Below, one piece after another: positions 1-16,704 of a stretch of 64,000 nucleotides of DNA. The translations under genes and the position numbers were made by a program. Positions within the stretch are counted from its first letter, which is position 1. Each line of letters begins with the position of its first letter. The notes under the pieces are model-generated. The model was not told where the DNA came from and did no database searches. It worked only from the letters and a program-made list of their open reading frames with translations. Source of the DNA: Escherichia phage ZCEC14; sequence record OP168898.1; one strand, 5' to 3'.

Positions 1-1255
1 CAGGAATTCCAACCACAGTTTCACGCGGAGGAGAGCACAATACTAAGCAATCTTGACGAGCATCTCCGATTGAAACGACGTGTTTTTGGACAGTAGATGC
101 TGTTTCTAAAGATTCACCGGCACAAGAACCCGCAATAAACAACTGAACATCAACAGATTCGCGGTCAGCAAAGAAGTCCCAAGCTTCCATCAAATCTCCT
201 GCTGTTACTTCAGCATTTGATGATAATCCACCAGACAGAGTTAAAATTCCAGAGAAGCCTTCTGGCCAGTTTTGTGCAGTTGCAAAAATATATTCTGAAC
301 CACCTTTTGCGAAAAAGTCATCGATATAGATGTTACTATCGTAAATATCTTTTTCACCACGCTTAGTTGAAAGAACAACGCTTTGAACAATAGCATCATT
401 ACGACGAACTATAATAGCGTACTGTGAATCAGTTTGCGGTCCATATCCAAACACTGCTTTGGCAGTAGATGCACGAGTACCACCACCTGGATAAATTGGG
501 AGTAATGCAGAAGCTCCTTTTGCATAGTCAGCTTTAGATACGATTTCAATTTCAATTTTATCGCCTAATTCGCCTGGATAAAGAGCTACTACTCCTGGAA
601 TTCCGTATTTTTCGAGATTTGCTTGAAAGTCAACCGCTGTCATAGCAGCTTCAGCATTTTCAATTTCAGCTAATAAAATACCAGAATCAGTAATAATTTT
701 TCCAAGAGTTATTACTGCAGCTAAACCAGAGGAAGACGAAGAAATTTCCGCAGTCCAGTTAGAACCTAATTCCGGATATTCACCGACTTCTTTAGCTTTA
801 GCGATAATTTTTGCAGTAGGAATATTAATTTTCTTAATTTTTCCATCTGCGTCTACTTCAGTAATTTTACCTTCAGTTTCAATATCATCTGAAACATATT
901 TGACCGTGATTTTATCTCCAACCTCGTAGTTACTACCTGGGGTAGAAATTGTGTATTCAATATTACCAGCGATTGGTGATGAGTTTTTAGCGGTATCTCT
1001 ATCAACAGCACGAACTACTCGTAAGTCATTTCCGTACTGCAAGAAATTCATCGCAGACATAAAATAGTCAGCAGTTTCAGCGGTTGGTTGACCAAAAGTA
1101 TTAACTAAATCTACTTCATTTGTAACCTGTTTAATCTGAAAAGCAGGACCCCACTGGAATTTACCGGCCAAAGCTGCTGTACCAGTAGAGTTATTAACCA
1201 CGGTGCTTTGAACCGTAGTTTCTTTGAGCTCAATGCCCGGAGATAATAAAGTCAT
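1..1255 (-). CDS. 18: Tail sheath protein gp18, N-terminal ~418 codons (C-terminus lies beyond window start)
   Basis: Minus-strand frame open to window edge; ATG at 1253-1255 (revcomp) giving MTLLSPGIELK...; late-promoter motif TATAAATA just upstream; directly downstream of gene 17 as in T4. Confidence 0.85.
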   Translation of the reverse strand, partial: MTLLSPGIELKETTVQSTVVNNSTGTAALAGKFQWGPAFQIKQVTNEVDLVNTFGQPTAETADYFMSAMNFLQYGNDLRVVRAVDRDTAKNSSPIAGNIEYTISTPGSNYEVGDKITVKYVSDDIETEGKITEVDADGKIKKINIPTAKIIAKAKEVGEYPELGSNWTAEISSSSSGLAAVITLGKIITDSGILLAEIENAEAAMTAVDFQANLEKYGIPGVVALYPGELGDKIEIEIVSKADYAKGASALLPIYPGGGTRASTAKAVFGYGPQTDSQYAIIVRRNDAIVQSVVLSTKRGEKDIYDSNIYIDDFFAKGGSEYIFATAQNWPEGFSGILTLSGGLSSNAEVTAGDLMEAWDFFADRESVDVQLFIAGSCAGESLETASTVQKHVVSIGDARQDCLVLCSPPRETVVGIP

Positions 1256-1283
1256 TTTTAATCCTCTTTAATATGCTTTAATA

Positions 1284-4424
<3,141 letters not shown>

Positions 4425-4465
4425 GATTTCTCCTAATCTGGGCTTTAATTAGTTTATAATATTTA

Positions 4466-6167
<1,702 letters not shown>

Positions 6168-6179
6168 TTAAAATCCTTT

Positions 6180-6195
6180 GGGGCCTTGCGGCCCC
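6180..6195 (-). other. GC-rich stem-loop between wac and gene 13
   Basis: GGGGCC-GCAA-GGCCCC on the minus-strand transcript (GNRA tetraloop), no strong U tract. Confidence 0.4.
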
Positions 6196-6198
6196 ATG

Positions 6199-7656
6199 TT
6201 ATGCTGGTGATAAAAAGGTAGAAAGTAGTACCCATTCGCCGTCTTTACGAACGTAAGCTTGACCATCCTTTGGAGCTTCAGGAATATAACCTGCTTCTTG
6301 TAGAGCTTGAACGCTGCTCTGTAAAGAGGATATATTGTCTTTAGCTGTATTTACTTCATGTGTGACTGCCGCAATGTTAGTTTCATTCGTTTTTACAGAA
6401 TTAGTTAATCCTCGTTCTTCAACAGTTGATCCGTCAGGATTATTTCCATTTATAAGTGAAGTAAGTTCAATAACTTGACCTTTAATTCCTGTTCTATTAT
6501 TTCCTATTTCAACTTGTATATTTTGAACATTATTGTTTAAAACTGAAACTTCTCCTTCAAGCACTGAAACTTTATTTAATAGAGATCCAGAAGGAGACGG
6601 TTGTCCTCCGCTGGAGTCAGTTCCAACAATTTGATTTAACCACGAAACATTCGCTCTTAAACCAGACGAAGTGTTTTCACCAACAATTCCGTTTAAAGAC
6701 TCGATAGAAGTTGTGTGATTTTTAATTTTTCCTTTAATACTAGAAGGAATATCATCTGAACCTATAGAAGTTTCAATAGACGTTAAGCGCTGTTTAACAC
6801 CTTCACTCTGATTTAATTCATTATTAATAGCTTCAATGCTACTTTTGTTATTATTAATTTCTGTTATTATAGAAACATTTTCTGGGTATCCAATAGAAGA
6901 TTTAATTTCTGCTATATCAGAATTTATTAAAGTTTGTTTATCATCTATAGTGTTTAATCTATTATAAATATTTGGTCCAAAATCTACCGGTTTATTACCA
7001 AGTTCATCACGTAATTTACCAACTTCAACAGTCAATGATCCTACGTCAGATTCAGTAAATTTAGTTTCTAATTCGCTTAAACGAATGCCTTGTGAAGATA
7101 ATAACGTACTATTTGTTATTATTCTGTGTTTCATTCCTGTGCTAGCATTACCAACAACAGGAAGACCGTTAATGTCTTGACCAGAATATTGTCCTAATTC
7201 CTGTTTAATCCACAATAAATCATTTCTAATTGTTCTATAAACAGAGTTTTCTTCATCATTAAATGGACCTATATCAGCAATAATTTTGTCAACTGTATTA
7301 TTAGTTCCAGTTAATATATCAGTGTGTTCACTAGTAAGTGTCTTTAAATTTGATATGTCATTTTTATTAACACTGATCTGCGATAGCGCTTCTATATCTC
7401 CTGATACGTCTAAAACTCCTTGAATTGTTTTAATATCTTTCTGTGATGTTTCAATGGCAGTTTTAAGAATTCCCACATTTTCATCAAGAACTTCGACGTT
7501 TTTAAACACGGAAACAATTGGTCTATTCATTGATCCATCATTTCCATACTTAGTACTAGCTCCTAATATTTCTTCACCATTTTTAATCCATGAAATACGT
7601 TCCTGACCTTCGTCAGGAATGCTATCAACAAAAGGTAACTCTTTTAATTCAATCAT
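6199..7656 (-). CDS. wac: Fibritin (whisker antigen control), trimeric coiled coil with C-terminal foldon
   Basis: 485 aa; C-terminus [27 protein letters not shown] is the foldon motif; heptad-rich body. Confidence 0.9.
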   Translation of the reverse strand: MIELKELPFVDSIPDEGQERISWIKNGEEILGASTKYGNDGSMNRPIVSVFKNVEVLDENVGILKTAIETSQKDIKTIQGVLDVSGDIEALSQISVNKNDISNLKTLTSEHTDILTGTNNTVDKIIADIGPFNDEENSVYRTIRNDLLWIKQELGQYSGQDINGLPVVGNASTGMKHRIITNSTLLSSQGIRLSELETKFTESDVGSLTVEVGKLRDELGNKPVDFGPNIYNRLNTIDDKQTLINSDIAEIKSSIGYPENVSIITEINNNKSSIEAINNELNQSEGVKQRLTSIETSIGSDDIPSSIKGKIKNHTTSIESLNGIVGENTSSGLRANVSWLNQIVGTDSSGGQPSPSGSLLNKVSVLEGEVSVLNNNVQNIQVEIGNNRTGIKGQVIELTSLINGNNPDGSTVEERGLTNSVKTNETNIAAVTHEVNTAKDNISSLQSSVQALQEAGYIPEAPKDGQAYVRKDGEWVLLSTFLSPA

Positions 7657-7665
7657 TTGTAATCC

Positions 7666-9216
7666 TTAGTAATGAACTTTAATAATATAGTTTAATGATA
7701 TATTCCATGGTCTAGTTTCATAACCAATTAATCCTTCACGATTAAGTGTACCATGAGCATCTCTCGGTCCACCTAATTCAAATCCATCATTAGTGAAGTA
7801 TGAAGCATTATCCCAGTCGGAATATTTTCTAGTTCCAAGATATCCTTGATAAACTGACGCGCCAAATGGGCCTTCACTTCTGTTATATTCTCCCCAACCA
7901 CCGGCGTGTTTATGGTATGACATTTGTTGTGCCTGGACACCACCAACATGCATTCCGTCACATCCTACGCCAAGTCTATCCTTTCCATAACCATCTTGTC
8001 CTCGTTGATTTAAAATATGACCGCCTGTGCCGGCTCCTCTGACGAAAAGACCTCGCATATCAGGAATACCAGGATTATTCCAATCACCACCAAATCTTGT
8101 TCCAACTACGTTTCTATAATCAGGAAATTGGTCACCTGACACGGTTCCACCGTGACACATAGACCAACCTGGAGGTGCTGAATCACCTGCAAACATCATA
8201 ATAGTCCCAACTGGAATTCTTTCGGACGCATATCTTTCAGTGGCAACAGGTTGATCGCCATTTTTCCACATTCCGCCGCGCGACCAAATTCCATTTGCTG
8301 TGAGATGATCTAAATTTAAAGAACCATTAATAGTTTGTCCACCACGAGTATTAATTACATCTGCGTTCCAGGCTAATGCTCCAGAGCTATCACCTTCAGG
8401 AGCAATACCGGCCTGCGTCGTTAATTTTACTACCCCACGCATAGAACCGGTAGCTCCTCGACCATTTAGTGTTTCACCTGTTACTGCAACATCCCCCAAA
8501 TTATTATTAATTTCTGCTTGTGTTCCTAGACGTATAATACCCTTATATTCTTGTGTTGCAACAGAATTCATAAAGGTATACGGGGAAATTGCATATCCTT
8601 CGCGGAGAGTTCCTTGACGAGTTTGTGCAACAGTAGATAATTGAACTACTCCTCTCACCGATTCTGTTGCAGTGTCTTCTGAAGGAGCTATTTGTGAAAT
8701 TAATTTTATTGCAAGTTTTTGGGTTTTCAACGGAGTCATCGCCGTAGTATCATCGACACCAGCCAAAGCTGCAGGCGTAGATGATATTTTAATAACCCCG
8801 TTTGATGACTCAGATGAATATCTATTTCGGAACACATCATCAGTATGGTATTTCAGTTTTTGCGGCGTTATTGATGAATTATTATCTGAGCCTTCTAATG
8901 TTTCTTCATTTGTTGAATAGCGCGTTAAACCGTATTTAGTTTCAGTAGCATTTGGATACAATAATCTTGTTGCTAATGTAGCTGGTGTAACGATTTTAGA
9001 ATTATTTGTTCCATCTAAAACCTCTTGCTCTGATGCAATCATTGCTATTCCTTTAACTTCCATAGTTGCATCAGGAATACCATTTACGCCGATATTACTT
9101 ATTCTTGATAATGCAGACTGCACTGTCGTAACAGTGTCAGGAAAATTCGATCCAGTAGGATCGAATTTAACATATTTTGATTCATTTGATACGTGCTGAT
9201 ATGTATTGTTACTCAT
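7666..9216 (-). CDS. 12: Short tail fiber protein gp12
   Basis: 516 aa; N-terminus [13 protein letters not shown] and C-terminus [15 protein letters not shown] recognised as T4 gp12-like; synteny. Confidence 0.9.
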   Translation of the reverse strand: MSNNTYQHVSNESKYVKFDPTGSNFPDTVTTVQSALSRISNIGVNGIPDATMEVKGIAMIASEQEVLDGTNNSKIVTPATLATRLLYPNATETKYGLTRYSTNEETLEGSDNNSSITPQKLKYHTDDVFRNRYSSESSNGVIKISSTPAALAGVDDTTAMTPLKTQKLAIKLISQIAPSEDTATESVRGVVQLSTVAQTRQGTLREGYAISPYTFMNSVATQEYKGIIRLGTQAEINNNLGDVAVTGETLNGRGATGSMRGVVKLTTQAGIAPEGDSSGALAWNADVINTRGGQTINGSLNLDHLTANGIWSRGGMWKNGDQPVATERYASERIPVGTIMMFAGDSAPPGWSMCHGGTVSGDQFPDYRNVVGTRFGGDWNNPGIPDMRGLFVRGAGTGGHILNQRGQDGYGKDRLGVGCDGMHVGGVQAQQMSYHKHAGGWGEYNRSEGPFGASVYQGYLGTRKYSDWDNASYFTNDGFELGGPRDAHGTLNREGLIGYETRPWNISLNYIIKVHY

Positions 9217-9872
9217 GCTATTCTCTCAAAATAATAAAATACTGTAGGTTGTGTGTGACTATCTAGCGTAACAGTTTGCGCACCTAATAATTGCCAAGTT
9301 CCGTACCCAGGTTTAGAAGGAGAAATTATTTCCTGTTTGAAAGTAATTCCTTTATCAGAGTATTGTTCTAAGATATGTTCTTGGTTATCTAAATACTTAA
9401 CTTGTATTTTATTTCCTATGGTAGGATGGTCTTCAAATGAATCAATTGCAATAAATTTTACAACCATTTCCTGTAGAGCTATTCTAACGGCACTAGTGAA
9501 TTCGATTGAAGTCATTCCATTAGTAGCTTTAACTGGAATACCAAACATGTTAACAATAACTGGATCACCTGGTTTGGCTGAAGTATCAGTAACGGTTCCT
9601 TCAAATGACCAATAGTCTGTTTGTTGCACGCCAGTAGGAGATACACCGCTTATATTAACTAATACAGCTCCAACCGGTTGCTCTGCCATATTTCTAACGT
9701 CATTGATAGCAGATTCTACATTTGAATCATAAAAACCTTTTGCTATTTGTGAAATTGTTACAGCGCCTACCGGCTGATTATTCATAACCGAAATATCATT
9801 TTTCTTAGTTCTAAAACCAAGAAAATCTGCTAAGCGGGAAATAACTCCCGCTTTATTATTAAGTAAACTCAT
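9213..9872 (-). CDS. 11: Baseplate wedge protein gp11 (short tail fiber attachment)
   Basis: 219 aa from internal Met (MSLLNNKAG...), matching T4 gp11 N-terminus; start overlaps stop of gene 10. Confidence 0.85.
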   Translation of the reverse strand: MSLLNNKAGVISRLADFLGFRTKKNDISVMNNQPVGAVTISQIAKGFYDSNVESAINDVRNMAEQPVGAVLVNISGVSPTGVQQTDYWSFEGTVTDTSAKPGDPVIVNMFGIPVKATNGMTSIEFTSAVRIALQEMVVKFIAIDSFEDHPTIGNKIQVKYLDNQEHILEQYSDKGITFKQEIISPSKPGYGTWQLLGAQTVTLDSHTQPTVFYYFERIA

Positions 9873-11677
9873 TATGCAATCCTTATCCAACGGTATACAG
9901 TAATAGACGGTTGAATATTACTAATATTAGTAGGAGGAGTATGTGAAGAGTTTGTTGTTGCGTAGTCTTCACGATATTTTGTATATATAGGACCAGTTTC
10001 GTCTGGGTCATATTGGCAACCTCCAATAATAACTGATCCATTTTCGTCTTCAATTAAAACTCTTTCATCGGTTTTAGTCGCAGGAAGATTTGCGTTTTCA
10101 AGCGTTACTGTTGTTGTACCAACTGTTCCACCGGCGGTATGTGAAGGATTTCCGCTAGAATCTAAATCATTATTGTTTAATGCAAAGTTTGGATCTGTAA
10201 CATCATCATTCCATCCTACTAAAACCTGCCCTTTACCAAATAATTTCCATGAACCAAATCCCATATAAGTCACCGGATTATTTGGGTTTATAGCATTTTC
10301 ATAAATTGAACCAACAGGATAAATGCTGTCGAAAATAGATGATATTGAATTATACGTTCTAGTATAAGAATCAACTTTTTCAACATTTGGCCAACCGATT
10401 TTATCAAAATCTGTTAAGGCTACATCACCAGTAACTTCAGTAGATGTTCCTTTACTAACATAACGGTCATCGGTTAATTCAATAATGTCATCTTTTTCTA
10501 AAAGAGTTCCTAAATCATTATTGAACCATGTTATAACGATTATATCTCCTGATTCAAATTTTCTATCAAATAAAAGACTGACAGGTTTTCCATCTTCATA
10601 TTCTATAGAATAATCTGTGTTTGATTCTTTCCATTCGCCACCAAGAGATATACATCCTGCTTGCGTATCTGAATTAGCGCCTTCACACAAAAACAGAGGA
10701 TATCCGGCTGTTCCAGCTTGTTGTTGTAAAATTCCATTAAAACGAACTTCAAGAGAATTAGGATTAATAGGTTCTCCGGGAATTAATCCAAATGCAGAGA
10801 ATGGAATTGATTTCATTGTTGATAAATCAGTAACGTAAATACTTCCTTCTAAAGAAGTTTTTGACGTTAATTTTGAATCTAATACTTTTATTTGGCGTCT
10901 TGTATATGAACTTCTCCATTGTGATATACCATCCATAAATGTTTCAATTTGAACAGTGTCACCAATATTACAAGGCTGTCTTAACCTAATATTAAATCCA
11001 TCAAGAGGAATCAATTCTCCTTCATTTTCCCCAGGAGAGCCAAAGTCACTGTTTTCACTAAATACATCGCCGTAATATAATTCATTACCACGGTGTTTTA
11101 CTCGGATGTTATTAACATTATAGCTAGTTCCACGGAAAACATCTAAAAAGTCTGTTTGTCCTTGAACTTCGACTAAAAATTCTTTACGTGCTACATTACT
11201 AATATCTGAACTAATAATTTTGTCAATTTGCTTGTTTTTGACATATTCCCAACGTCCTGGAGCACAATAAACGAGCTCTAAATCACTAAATTGAATATTA
11301 ATTTCAACTGACGATGACGACCCTTTAATTGTATCCCCAGAAGCAGCTACTAAAGTAACTGGATTAATGTTCCATGTTGCAAATACATCCCTAGCTCTAA
11401 TTACTTTATTATAATCATTAACAGTTCCTTTAGGAAGTTGTAAAGTTACTCTTCCAGAAGAGGTATTAATAGCGTATGATTTTCCCCACTTAGCTTTTAA
11501 TGTTTGACCGGATGAAGCATTATAAGTTTTCCAGGCACCGGCTGAATATGGAACATCTCCATCGCCAAGTTCATAATAAAGTTCATCAAAGTTTTCATTT
11601 ATTTTTATACCACCTTTACGCAGGTAGTCACCGGTACCATCATCAACAACATTACCGATATTAATATTTTGTTTCAT
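9872..11677 (-). CDS. 10: Baseplate wedge protein gp10
   Basis: 601 aa (T4 gp10 is about 602); synteny between 9 and 11. Confidence 0.85.
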   Translation of the reverse strand: MKQNINIGNVVDDGTGDYLRKGGIKINENFDELYYELGDGDVPYSAGAWKTYNASSGQTLKAKWGKSYAINTSSGRVTLQLPKGTVNDYNKVIRARDVFATWNINPVTLVAASGDTIKGSSSSVEINIQFSDLELVYCAPGRWEYVKNKQIDKIISSDISNVARKEFLVEVQGQTDFLDVFRGTSYNVNNIRVKHRGNELYYGDVFSENSDFGSPGENEGELIPLDGFNIRLRQPCNIGDTVQIETFMDGISQWRSSYTRRQIKVLDSKLTSKTSLEGSIYVTDLSTMKSIPFSAFGLIPGEPINPNSLEVRFNGILQQQAGTAGYPLFLCEGANSDTQAGCISLGGEWKESNTDYSIEYEDGKPVSLLFDRKFESGDIIVITWFNNDLGTLLEKDDIIELTDDRYVSKGTSTEVTGDVALTDFDKIGWPNVEKVDSYTRTYNSISSIFDSIYPVGSIYENAINPNNPVTYMGFGSWKLFGKGQVLVGWNDDVTDPNFALNNNDLDSSGNPSHTAGGTVGTTTVTLENANLPATKTDERVLIEDENGSVIIGGCQYDPDETGPIYTKYREDYATTNSSHTPPTNISNIQPSITVYRWIRIA

Positions 11678-12543
11678 TATTGAGCCACCCCGATTTTCTG
11701 CGTAGCGATAACTTTAACTGCTGCTCTCATACCGACAGTTGAAGAACTTATAGTCGCCGTTACATAATTTTCTTTAATACTAAATGCAATATTAGCGATT
11801 TCGTCTTCTTCGGTTTCATTCCCAACTCGCATGACAGCATATTCAGAAGAAATGACCTCTGAATTAACAATATCCACAAGAATATTTATTTCTGCTGTTT
11901 TAATTTTTCTTCCATCTACCGATTGGCACGTAACTAACAATTTAGCCATATTGTATTCAGTGCGATGAAATAGTGGAATGTCAACTGATCCAGATGTAGA
12001 AATATTCCATGTGCCTTCAGCTGGTGATTCCCTTTGACCAAACATGCTTTCAATAGAATAATTCCAAACCGACGTAGAATTATCAGATGAAATACAGCGT
12101 AAAGTAACTTTACTATATGGAGTAGTTACTACCAAATTACCTGAAACACCTTTAATTGAATCAATAGCCTGAATCGTTAAAGGATTAGTAACTGATATTG
12201 ATCCATTAGAGTTAATGAATTCAACACAATCGCCAAGTTCTCCTCTTTCAATGATAACTTTAACACCTACAGTAGAGGTATCAATATCATGTCTAGTGCC
12301 AACTTTTACTGGAGTTGCATACTCAGCAATAGAGTGTTTTTGATAATATCCAGTAGCATGGATAATTTGACCATCTGCTCCGGTGCCATTTGCTACTGCC
12401 ATTTTACGTTGATCGCCAAACGCATTATAAATTGCGTTAAAATCACTATTAATTTTATTACCACCGTCGAATAAGATATCACCAGTAGAAGCGTTACCAA
12501 TTTCGCCGGTATCAATCAATTTCTTTGGTTCTTGAATGAACAT
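11677..12543 (-). CDS. 9: Baseplate wedge protein gp9 (long tail fiber socket)
   Basis: 288 aa as T4 gp9; synteny. Confidence 0.85.
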   Translation of the reverse strand: MFIQEPKKLIDTGEIGNASTGDILFDGGNKINSDFNAIYNAFGDQRKMAVANGTGADGQIIHATGYYQKHSIAEYATPVKVGTRHDIDTSTVGVKVIIERGELGDCVEFINSNGSISVTNPLTIQAIDSIKGVSGNLVVTTPYSKVTLRCISSDNSTSVWNYSIESMFGQRESPAEGTWNISTSGSVDIPLFHRTEYNMAKLLVTCQSVDGRKIKTAEINILVDIVNSEVISSEYAVMRVGNETEEDEIANIAFSIKENYVTATISSSTVGMRAAVKVIATQKIGVAQ

Positions 12544-12567
12544 AGCGGTTTCCTTATGAGTTTATAG

Positions 12568-12575
12568 TATTTATA
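12568..12575 (-). promoter_or_regulatory. T4 late promoter (TATAAATA) for gene 9
   Basis: Reverse complement of TATTTATA at 12568-12575, about 25 bp upstream of gene 9 start. Confidence 0.6.
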
Positions 12576-12603
12576 AAGAAAAAAAGGGAGCCCATGGGCT
12601 CCC
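12576..12603 (-). terminator. Rho-independent terminator between genes 8 and 9
   Basis: Perfect palindrome GGGAGCCCATGGGCTCCC followed on the minus strand by TTTTTTTCTTT. Confidence 0.75.
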
Positions 12604-12608
12604 TTAAT

Positions 12609-13613
12609 TTAAAATGTAAACAGAATATTGATTTCTTCTGTTTGATCCATTGCCATGATAATAGGTGGCCTATTTTCCATATAAATCATTTCGCCCGAAT
12701 GCCTCATTAAATCTTCTGGATCATAATAATCCTTTTCAGCTTTAACGTTTGGGTCATTTGGATGAGCTTTAGCTTCAAGAGGATTCGTGATTATTGATAT
12801 TTGTCTAAATCCTTTATTTCCTGGCAATGCAGCATCAGGAAAATAAACTGAATCTAAATATGCTTTAAAACGGATAGTATTTGCCTTAACCCGGTAAATT
12901 AATCCAAAATCATCTTGTTGCCAAGTGAGATTATCTTCATACCCCCATCTAGTCGGGTCTTCTTTTAATTCCTCAGGCCAAGGAACTACGATATATTCAT
13001 TCGTACATCTATTTATAGATACATCGGGTGGAATCTCAAATAGATATTCCCATACATACCCGTCCCCAGGTTCAATTGTTCCTTCAGCATCTCCTCGACC
13101 TTCAGGAGGAGTCATTGACCTAACAGAAGGTGTCCATTTTCCGCCTAATTTAAGGCATTCATCCTTATCAGTTAAAGATGAGATTGAACACATTCCGGTA
13201 TCAGGAACATCTAAACAACGATATACTAACCAGCCTGCACCTGATTCAGTAGCGTTGTAAGGAGCTGAGTTACACACTACAATATCGTTAATTCTAAATG
13301 TATACGGATCCGGATATCTAGTATCTCCCCAATCTCGACGAGGAATAACTGCATCAAGCATTGATGGAAGAACCTTTACGGTTCCCATCATATGCGTCCA
13401 CATGTCAGTTACGCCTAATACAGAATCGGTTGGATAAGGTGGGGCAAAGCCCACCTCATTTTCATTTGATGACCACGGTTCTGATCTTCCAAATGTGATA
13501 AAGATAGTGTTTTTATCCGGACCACTTCCAATTGAATTATAAAAATTCAACATTTTTTCTGTTCTAAATTTTGAAGTAACTATCGCACGATAGATAACAC
13601 TTGAATCATTCAT
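12609..13613 (-). CDS. 8: Baseplate wedge protein gp8
   Basis: 334 aa as T4 gp8; synteny. Confidence 0.85.
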   Translation of the reverse strand: MNDSSVIYRAIVTSKFRTEKMLNFYNSIGSGPDKNTIFITFGRSEPWSSNENEVGFAPPYPTDSVLGVTDMWTHMMGTVKVLPSMLDAVIPRRDWGDTRYPDPYTFRINDIVVCNSAPYNATESGAGWLVYRCLDVPDTGMCSISSLTDKDECLKLGGKWTPSVRSMTPPEGRGDAEGTIEPGDGYVWEYLFEIPPDVSINRCTNEYIVVPWPEELKEDPTRWGYEDNLTWQQDDFGLIYRVKANTIRFKAYLDSVYFPDAALPGNKGFRQISIITNPLEAKAHPNDPNVKAEKDYYDPEDLMRHSGEMIYMENRPPIIMAMDQTEEINILFTF

Positions 13614-16600
13614 CTATTTTAACCTGTGTTGGATTTTCAGGGTCTCTTGGATTTCCTATATTATCTTTTAGACGTTTATTAACTAAATCCCTAAATTGCG
13701 CAAATGTTGTTCCAGATGCATCAAATAGGGGACTCATTAATTTACGTCGTTCAGACGGCAATTGACCTTGAAATATTGAATTATTATTTTCAGCATTATA
13801 GTCATCAGGAAGAGGATATTCTACACCAGCCATTGGGCCAGGCTCATAAATTGCTTCGCCTGTTACTGAATCATACTCAATTTCACCAGTTGGAGTTAAT
13901 TTAGCTACTCTATCAGCATATTCAGTAGGTAATCCAGAATCCCATTTATAGTTTTTGTATTTATTAATTATAGTCTCTGTATGTTTAAGAGTTAAACCAA
14001 CATTAATAAACATTGTTAAAAGAGTAATTGCTATAAATCCAAATCCTACTGGATGAACAAAACGAATAACGTCAGATTTCCAGCGGGAAGAAGGTAAATT
14101 GGATTTAATTTTCATTACATAGTATGATCTACTTCTATTAATATAGTCTATATTGTTTTGAAGCAAATCCTTTCCTTTAACTCCACGAATAATTTCGCCT
14201 TCAAAACTAGGGAGTCTTTCTGCTTTAACTTCTTGACCAGCAATCAATCTTCCCAAAAGATTATGAATAGTTACGGTCCATTGCAATTTACCATTAGAAT
14301 AGCTTCTTTCTATATAAGTAACATTACATCTTCCTGTTGCCGTATAAATCGTTTGTCCTACTAAATCTTCAGTCAAAGAATCAGATTGAACGATTATATC
14401 ATATTCAGTACCAGCTCCAGATTCAATTTCAATTTCAACTTCTTCATTATAAAGAACTTTAAAAAGAAATTTGTATGATGCTTCAATTCCTTTAGTAGAA
14501 TAAAAATCATAACTACGTGATTCAAAAAATCTTGCTACAGCATCACGTTTATCAGCATTTAAATAAATGTTTCTTTTATATATCTCTGACCACAAATATT
14601 CCCATGCATGCTCTTCTCGTGGATACTGATTACGAATTAAATTTCGTAAATTATTATACTGAGTTCCATATCCGTCAGAAAGATACTGAATATATGCTTC
14701 GCAAAATGCCTCAAAATTAGAATCCTGTAACAAATAAGAATCAGGCATCATTGTGCCAATTAATGGTCTTAAATCAGGGTCAGCTAATCCATGCTCTTCT
14801 TCTGGTGACCAAGGAGTCTCATGCTCTTGGTTTTGTAAAAATGCTTTTAAAAATACTCCAGTCGGCTTCCAAATAATTTCTACTGTATCTCTCACACGAT
14901 AGTTAAAATCATAGTAAGAAATTATTTCACCGGAGGCTTTATAGAAAAGCATTCCTGATGCGTATTTTTTAAATCCAGTGAATTTAACATTTGGCATTAC
15001 TATAGTGCAATCACCATCATCCCAGTATTCATGAACTAATCTATCTGGCGATGTTTCTGGAAAATTTTCAATAACTTTAGTATATTTTAAATCTGCATAA
15101 ACTACTACAGCTCTATTAGAGTTGTTTATCCAACAGCGTGTGTTAGATTTTTTAGACCAGTTAAAGAACGGTTCTGCGTAGTATTTCATTGGTTGAGGAG
15201 TAAAAGTCTCCCAATCAGATTTTTCATCCGCTATAAATGCCATCATATGATAATGCTTATCAGCTAACCATTCACGAGGAAATTCATATTTAACAGCACC
15301 GATTAACTGATATTTTGCTGCAGTTTCAGGGTCATTAACAACATTATCACTTAAAAATTTAAAATTACTCGAAGACAGAGAAACTAATTTACCGTCAGTT
15401 GACATGTTTGCGTATCCAGGTTGAATACGTCTTCTTTCTTCTTCTGTATTACCGAAAACTCTTTTCCATGTTTTTTCGTCATGATTTAAAACATATATTC
15501 CTTTATCAGTAGAATCAATTATTTTTGACGTTCTAGGATTAGCATTTAATGTTTCAACTTCACCGATAATAAGAGCAAAAACTTTATCACCAATAGAATC
15601 CATTTTATAGCATACTGCTTTAGGATTTCCAGTTATAGTCATTGTATCAGGTTCAAATAGCCTTTCCGAATATGTTGGAGATAATGGATCAGAATCTATA
15701 GGTGCATTACTCGTTTTTATGTATCTAACTTTGTCTCTGGCGACAACGTAAATGTAATCATCGGTGCAAGTAATAGCTTCAGCTATACGATACACGTTTG
15801 CAGGTAATGTAGCATAAGTACCAAAGATTTCAACATCAAATCCCAAATGAAGTTGATCACCAAGTTTAGCGAATGTTATGTCCTGCGAACTAAATCTGAC
15901 ATCATCAGCTGACCATCTAACATCAGTAGATTTGCGGCCATAGAAAATCTTGTCGTATCCTAGAACATATGTTGTGCTCGCAGATTGATAATATACAGTC
16001 TTAGATAAAGGATATCCTACACGGTCATTGAAGAGCTTTACAGCTTTCCAGGTTTGACCTTTATCATTGGATACTTTAACTACAGGTTGATAACGCTCAA
16101 AAAGATATAGAATCCCTTCTGATTCCATCAAATAAACTCGATTAATATCCTTACATACTTGCTGAATAGAACCTTGTATTTCATGATACTCATTTTCACC
16201 AATAATAAAATTACTTATTGATGAAACATCAGCATACGATGGGCTGAATTGGAATGATTCATTCATCAATGCAGCCATTATAGTGTCATTATTAAAATTG
16301 ACATAATTAGAATTGTTAAGAGTAAATTTTTCCTGAATGAATTTATTGGCTAATTGCATTTCAATCATGTTTTGAAATGTGTAAGCATTCGTAGCAAAAG
16401 TTTCAAACTCTTCTGTATAAACCCAATCAGACTGCTCAAAATCTTGCGCCGCCGTAGCTACTCTAATGATGTATGATGTTAGTGGATCAGCATCATCAAA
16501 AAAGAAACTATTATTTGCTGTATATCCTAAATTAATCCAACGATATTGATCGCTCGGGAGATTTTCCCCCGAGTCTGTTTTTGTCTCAGCGATTTCTACA

Positions 16601-16704
16601 AAATAGTAGAAATTAGCACCAACGTCATCCCAGCGTACTTGCACCTGATTTGCGGATAACTTGGAAATTCTGAGACTAGTGACTGAAGGTGCTTTTACTG
16701 TCAT
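13606..16704 (-). CDS. 7: Baseplate wedge protein gp7
   Basis: 1032 aa as T4 gp7; synteny. Confidence 0.85.
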   Translation of the reverse strand: MTVKAPSVTSLRISKLSANQVQVRWDDVGANFYYFVEIAETKTDSGENLPSDQYRWINLGYTANNSFFFDDADPLTSYIIRVATAAQDFEQSDWVYTEEFETFATNAYTFQNMIEMQLANKFIQEKFTLNNSNYVNFNNDTIMAALMNESFQFSPSYADVSSISNFIIGENEYHEIQGSIQQVCKDINRVYLMESEGILYLFERYQPVVKVSNDKGQTWKAVKLFNDRVGYPLSKTVYYQSASTTYVLGYDKIFYGRKSTDVRWSADDVRFSSQDITFAKLGDQLHLGFDVEIFGTYATLPANVYRIAEAITCTDDYIYVVARDKVRYIKTSNAPIDSDPLSPTYSERLFEPDTMTITGNPKAVCYKMDSIGDKVFALIIGEVETLNANPRTSKIIDSTDKGIYVLNHDEKTWKRVFGNTEEERRRIQPGYANMSTDGKLVSLSSSNFKFLSDNVVNDPETAAKYQLIGAVKYEFPREWLADKHYHMMAFIADEKSDWETFTPQPMKYYAEPFFNWSKKSNTRCWINNSNRAVVVYADLKYTKVIENFPETSPDRLVHEYWDDGDCTIVMPNVKFTGFKKYASGMLFYKASGEIISYYDFNYRVRDTVEIIWKPTGVFLKAFLQNQEHETPWSPEEEHGLADPDLRPLIGTMMPDSYLLQDSNFEAFCEAYIQYLSDGYGTQYNNLRNLIRNQYPREEHAWEYLWSEIYKRNIYLNADKRDAVARFFESRSYDFYSTKGIEASYKFLFKVLYNEEVEIEIESGAGTEYDIIVQSDSLTEDLVGQTIYTATGRCNVTYIERSYSNGKLQWTVTIHNLLGRLIAGQEVKAERLPSFEGEIIRGVKGKDLLQNNIDYINRSRSYYVMKIKSNLPSSRWKSDVIRFVHPVGFGFIAITLLTMFINVGLTLKHTETIINKYKNYKWDSGLPTEYADRVAKLTPTGEIEYDSVTGEAIYEPGPMAGVEYPLPDDYNAENNNSIFQGQLPSERRKLMSPLFDASGTTFAQFRDLVNKRLKDNIGNPRDPENPTQVKIDE

